Shown here one piece after another: positions 62,543-64,000 of a DNA stretch of 64,000 nucleotides. The DNA is from a virus: the IMG/VR virus record IMGVR_UViG_3300045538_000426, positions 58,970-122,969 of that record; one strand, given 5' to 3'. The notes under the pieces were generated by a model, which was not told the DNA's origin, did not search any database, and saw nothing but the letters and a program-made list of their open reading frames with translations. The position numbers and the translations under genes are program-made. The stretch's first letter is position 1. Every line of letters begins with the position of its first letter.

Positions 62543-63973
62543 ATGAATAAAGAAAACCTCATATTCCTAACTGACAGCTATAAACTTGGCCATCATGGAA
62601 TGCTCCCCATCGGAACACAGAACCTCAGCAGTTACTTGGAAAGTCGTAAAGGCGCAAAATTCGCAGAAACCGTCTTCTTCGGTCTGCAAATTATATTGAA
62701 ACGTTACTTGGAGGGCGTCGTCGTCACCAGTGCCGATATTGAAGAAGCGGACGTGTTTTGTAAGGAACACTTCCTCGGTATGGATTATTTCAATCGAGCC
62801 ATGTGGCGACGTATTGTCGACGTTCACGGTGGAAAACTTCCCCTACGTATTATGGCCGTCAAAGAGGGCACGCCGGTCCCAATCGGAAATGTAATGATGA
62901 CCGTTGAGGCCACTGATGAAACTATCAATCCAGATACGGGAATTGCATATTTCGCTCCTCTCGTTAACGTGTTCGAGACTATCCTCACTCATGTCTGGCA
63001 CCCAAGTAACGTGGCCACTATTAGTCGTGATATCAAGAAACGATTAAAAAATGGATTTGATAAGACCGTGCCGAATGAGCTAGGTTGGTTGATTGAGTTT
63101 ATGCTCCACGACTTCGGATTTCGTGGTGTAAGCAGCGTCGAGTCGGCTGGGATGGGCGGTGCAGGTCACTTGGTAAACTTCAAGGGAACTGATACTCTCG
63201 TTGCAATCACTTACGCCCGTAGATACTACAACACTACAGAAATGGTGGCTTATAGTGTAGCGGCTACGGAACATAGTATTATGACCGCCGAAGGGCCCGC
63301 TGGTGAATTCAAAGTCGTAGAGAAATTAATTGCCAAATACCCAAATGGAATCCTATCGGTGGTCAGCGATAGTTATGACATTGAAAACGCGATTCGTGTC
63401 TATGGAACCGAATTGAAAGAAAAGATTCTCGGACGAAATGACGGAGCGAAGTTTGTTATTCGACCGGACAGCCCTCGTTTCGAGGGGGATACCCCAGCCG
63501 CTCAAATCCTTTGGATTGCTCAAGAATTAGAGAAGTATTTTGGTGCCACGACAAATGACAAGGGGTATAAGATGCTTCACCCGAAGGTAGGTATCATTTA
63601 TGGAGATGGACTCAGCCGTGATGAAATCGTCGAAGCCATCGACGTATTGATTGCCAATGGTTACGCGGCAAGCACTTGTGTATTCGGTATGGGTGGCGGA
63701 TTGCTCCAAAAGCATAACCGTGACACACAGAGAAACGCGTTCAAGTGTTCGGCGCAGAAACGTGGAGATGTGTGGATCGACATCTTCAAGGATCCGAAGG
63801 ACAAGACCAAAGCATCGAAGCGAGGTCGTCTTGCCCTTGTGTTCGAAAATGGTCAGTATAAGACCGTTGCGGCGAAAGACGCAAAAAACAATCTCTTGGA
63901 GGTTGTATTTGAGAATGGTGTAATCGTCAGGGATATGACTTGGAATGAAGTCCGTGACAACGCAAAAGTTTAA
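62543..63973 (+). CDS. nadV: nicotinamide phosphoribosyltransferase
   Basis: TDSYKLGH, HDFGFRG, ATEHS, VSDSYD, IRPDS, YGDG, GMGGGLLQ. Confidence 0.95.
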   Translation: MNKENLIFLTDSYKLGHHGMLPIGTQNLSSYLESRKGAKFAETVFFGLQIILKRYLEGVVVTSADIEEADVFCKEHFLGMDYFNRAMWRRIVDVHGGKLPLRIMAVKEGTPVPIGNVMMTVEATDETINPDTGIAYFAPLVNVFETILTHVWHPSNVATISRDIKKRLKNGFDKTVPNELGWLIEFMLHDFGFRGVSSVESAGMGGAGHLVNFKGTDTLVAITYARRYYNTTEMVAYSVAATEHSIMTAEGPAGEFKVVEKLIAKYPNGILSVVSDSYDIENAIRVYGTELKEKILGRNDGAKFVIRPDSPRFEGDTPAAQILWIAQELEKYFGATTNDKGYKMLHPKVGIIYGDGLSRDEIVEAIDVLIANGYAASTCVFGMGGGLLQKHNRDTQRNAFKCSAQKRGDVWIDIFKDPKDKTKASKRGRLALVFENGQYKTVAAKDAKNNLLEVVFENGVIVRDMTWNEVRDNAKV

Positions 63974-63980
63974 TAACTAT

Positions 63981-64000
63981 ATGAAACCAATTACCGCTGA
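63981..64000 (+). CDS. start of a gene truncated by window edge
   Basis: ATG AAA CCA ATT ACC GCT, 7 nt after nadV stop. Confidence 0.4.

Noticed and set aside
1-64000. Stop-codon reassignment (TAG/TGA), common in large phages
   Set aside because: Long conserved genes are intact in the standard code, coding density is high, and no CTA/TCA/TTA-anticodon suppressor tRNA was found. The TAG-anticodon tRNAs read the Leu codon CUA.
1-64000. CRISPR array or DGR template/variable repeat pair
   Set aside because: No regularly spaced repeat-spacer units. The repeats found are in-frame fibre-gene duplications without A-specific mismatches, and there is no reverse transcriptase in the window.

Overview
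A 64-kb segment of a large (jumbo/huge-type) dsDNA phage genome read in the standard code. Left part: DNA methyltransferase, T4-like sliding clamp and clamp loader, SF2 helicase, probable head/lysis proteins, and long Ser/Thr/Gly-rich fibre genes. Middle (minus strand): accessory genes including ClpP, a Pnk-like kinase, a host-derived planctomycete-cytochrome-c (DUF1549/DUF1553) plus DUF1501 pair, a pilin-like protein, an aaRS-like domain, ThyA, dCMP deaminase and a metallophosphoesterase. The DUF pair suggests a Verrucomicrobia/Planctomycetes host (inference). Right part (about 46.2-57.4 kb): an RNA-dense island with 26 tRNA or tRNA-like genes, many non-canonical. It also holds a hand-foldable catalytic RNase P RNA (51569-51893), a ~0.8-kb GOLLD-like RNA, three larger tRNA-shell RNAs, a TrmH-family methylase, HNH nucleases and Hsp20, and is preceded by a 2H phosphoesterase. 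The window ends with an NMNAT-Nudix plus NAMPT NAD salvage pair. The best candidate for an undescribed system is the phage RNA maturation/decoy island (RNase P RNA + GOLLD-like RNA + tRNA mimics + RNA end-healing enzymes). All RNA structures were folded by eye, and family names come from motif recognition, not database searches.
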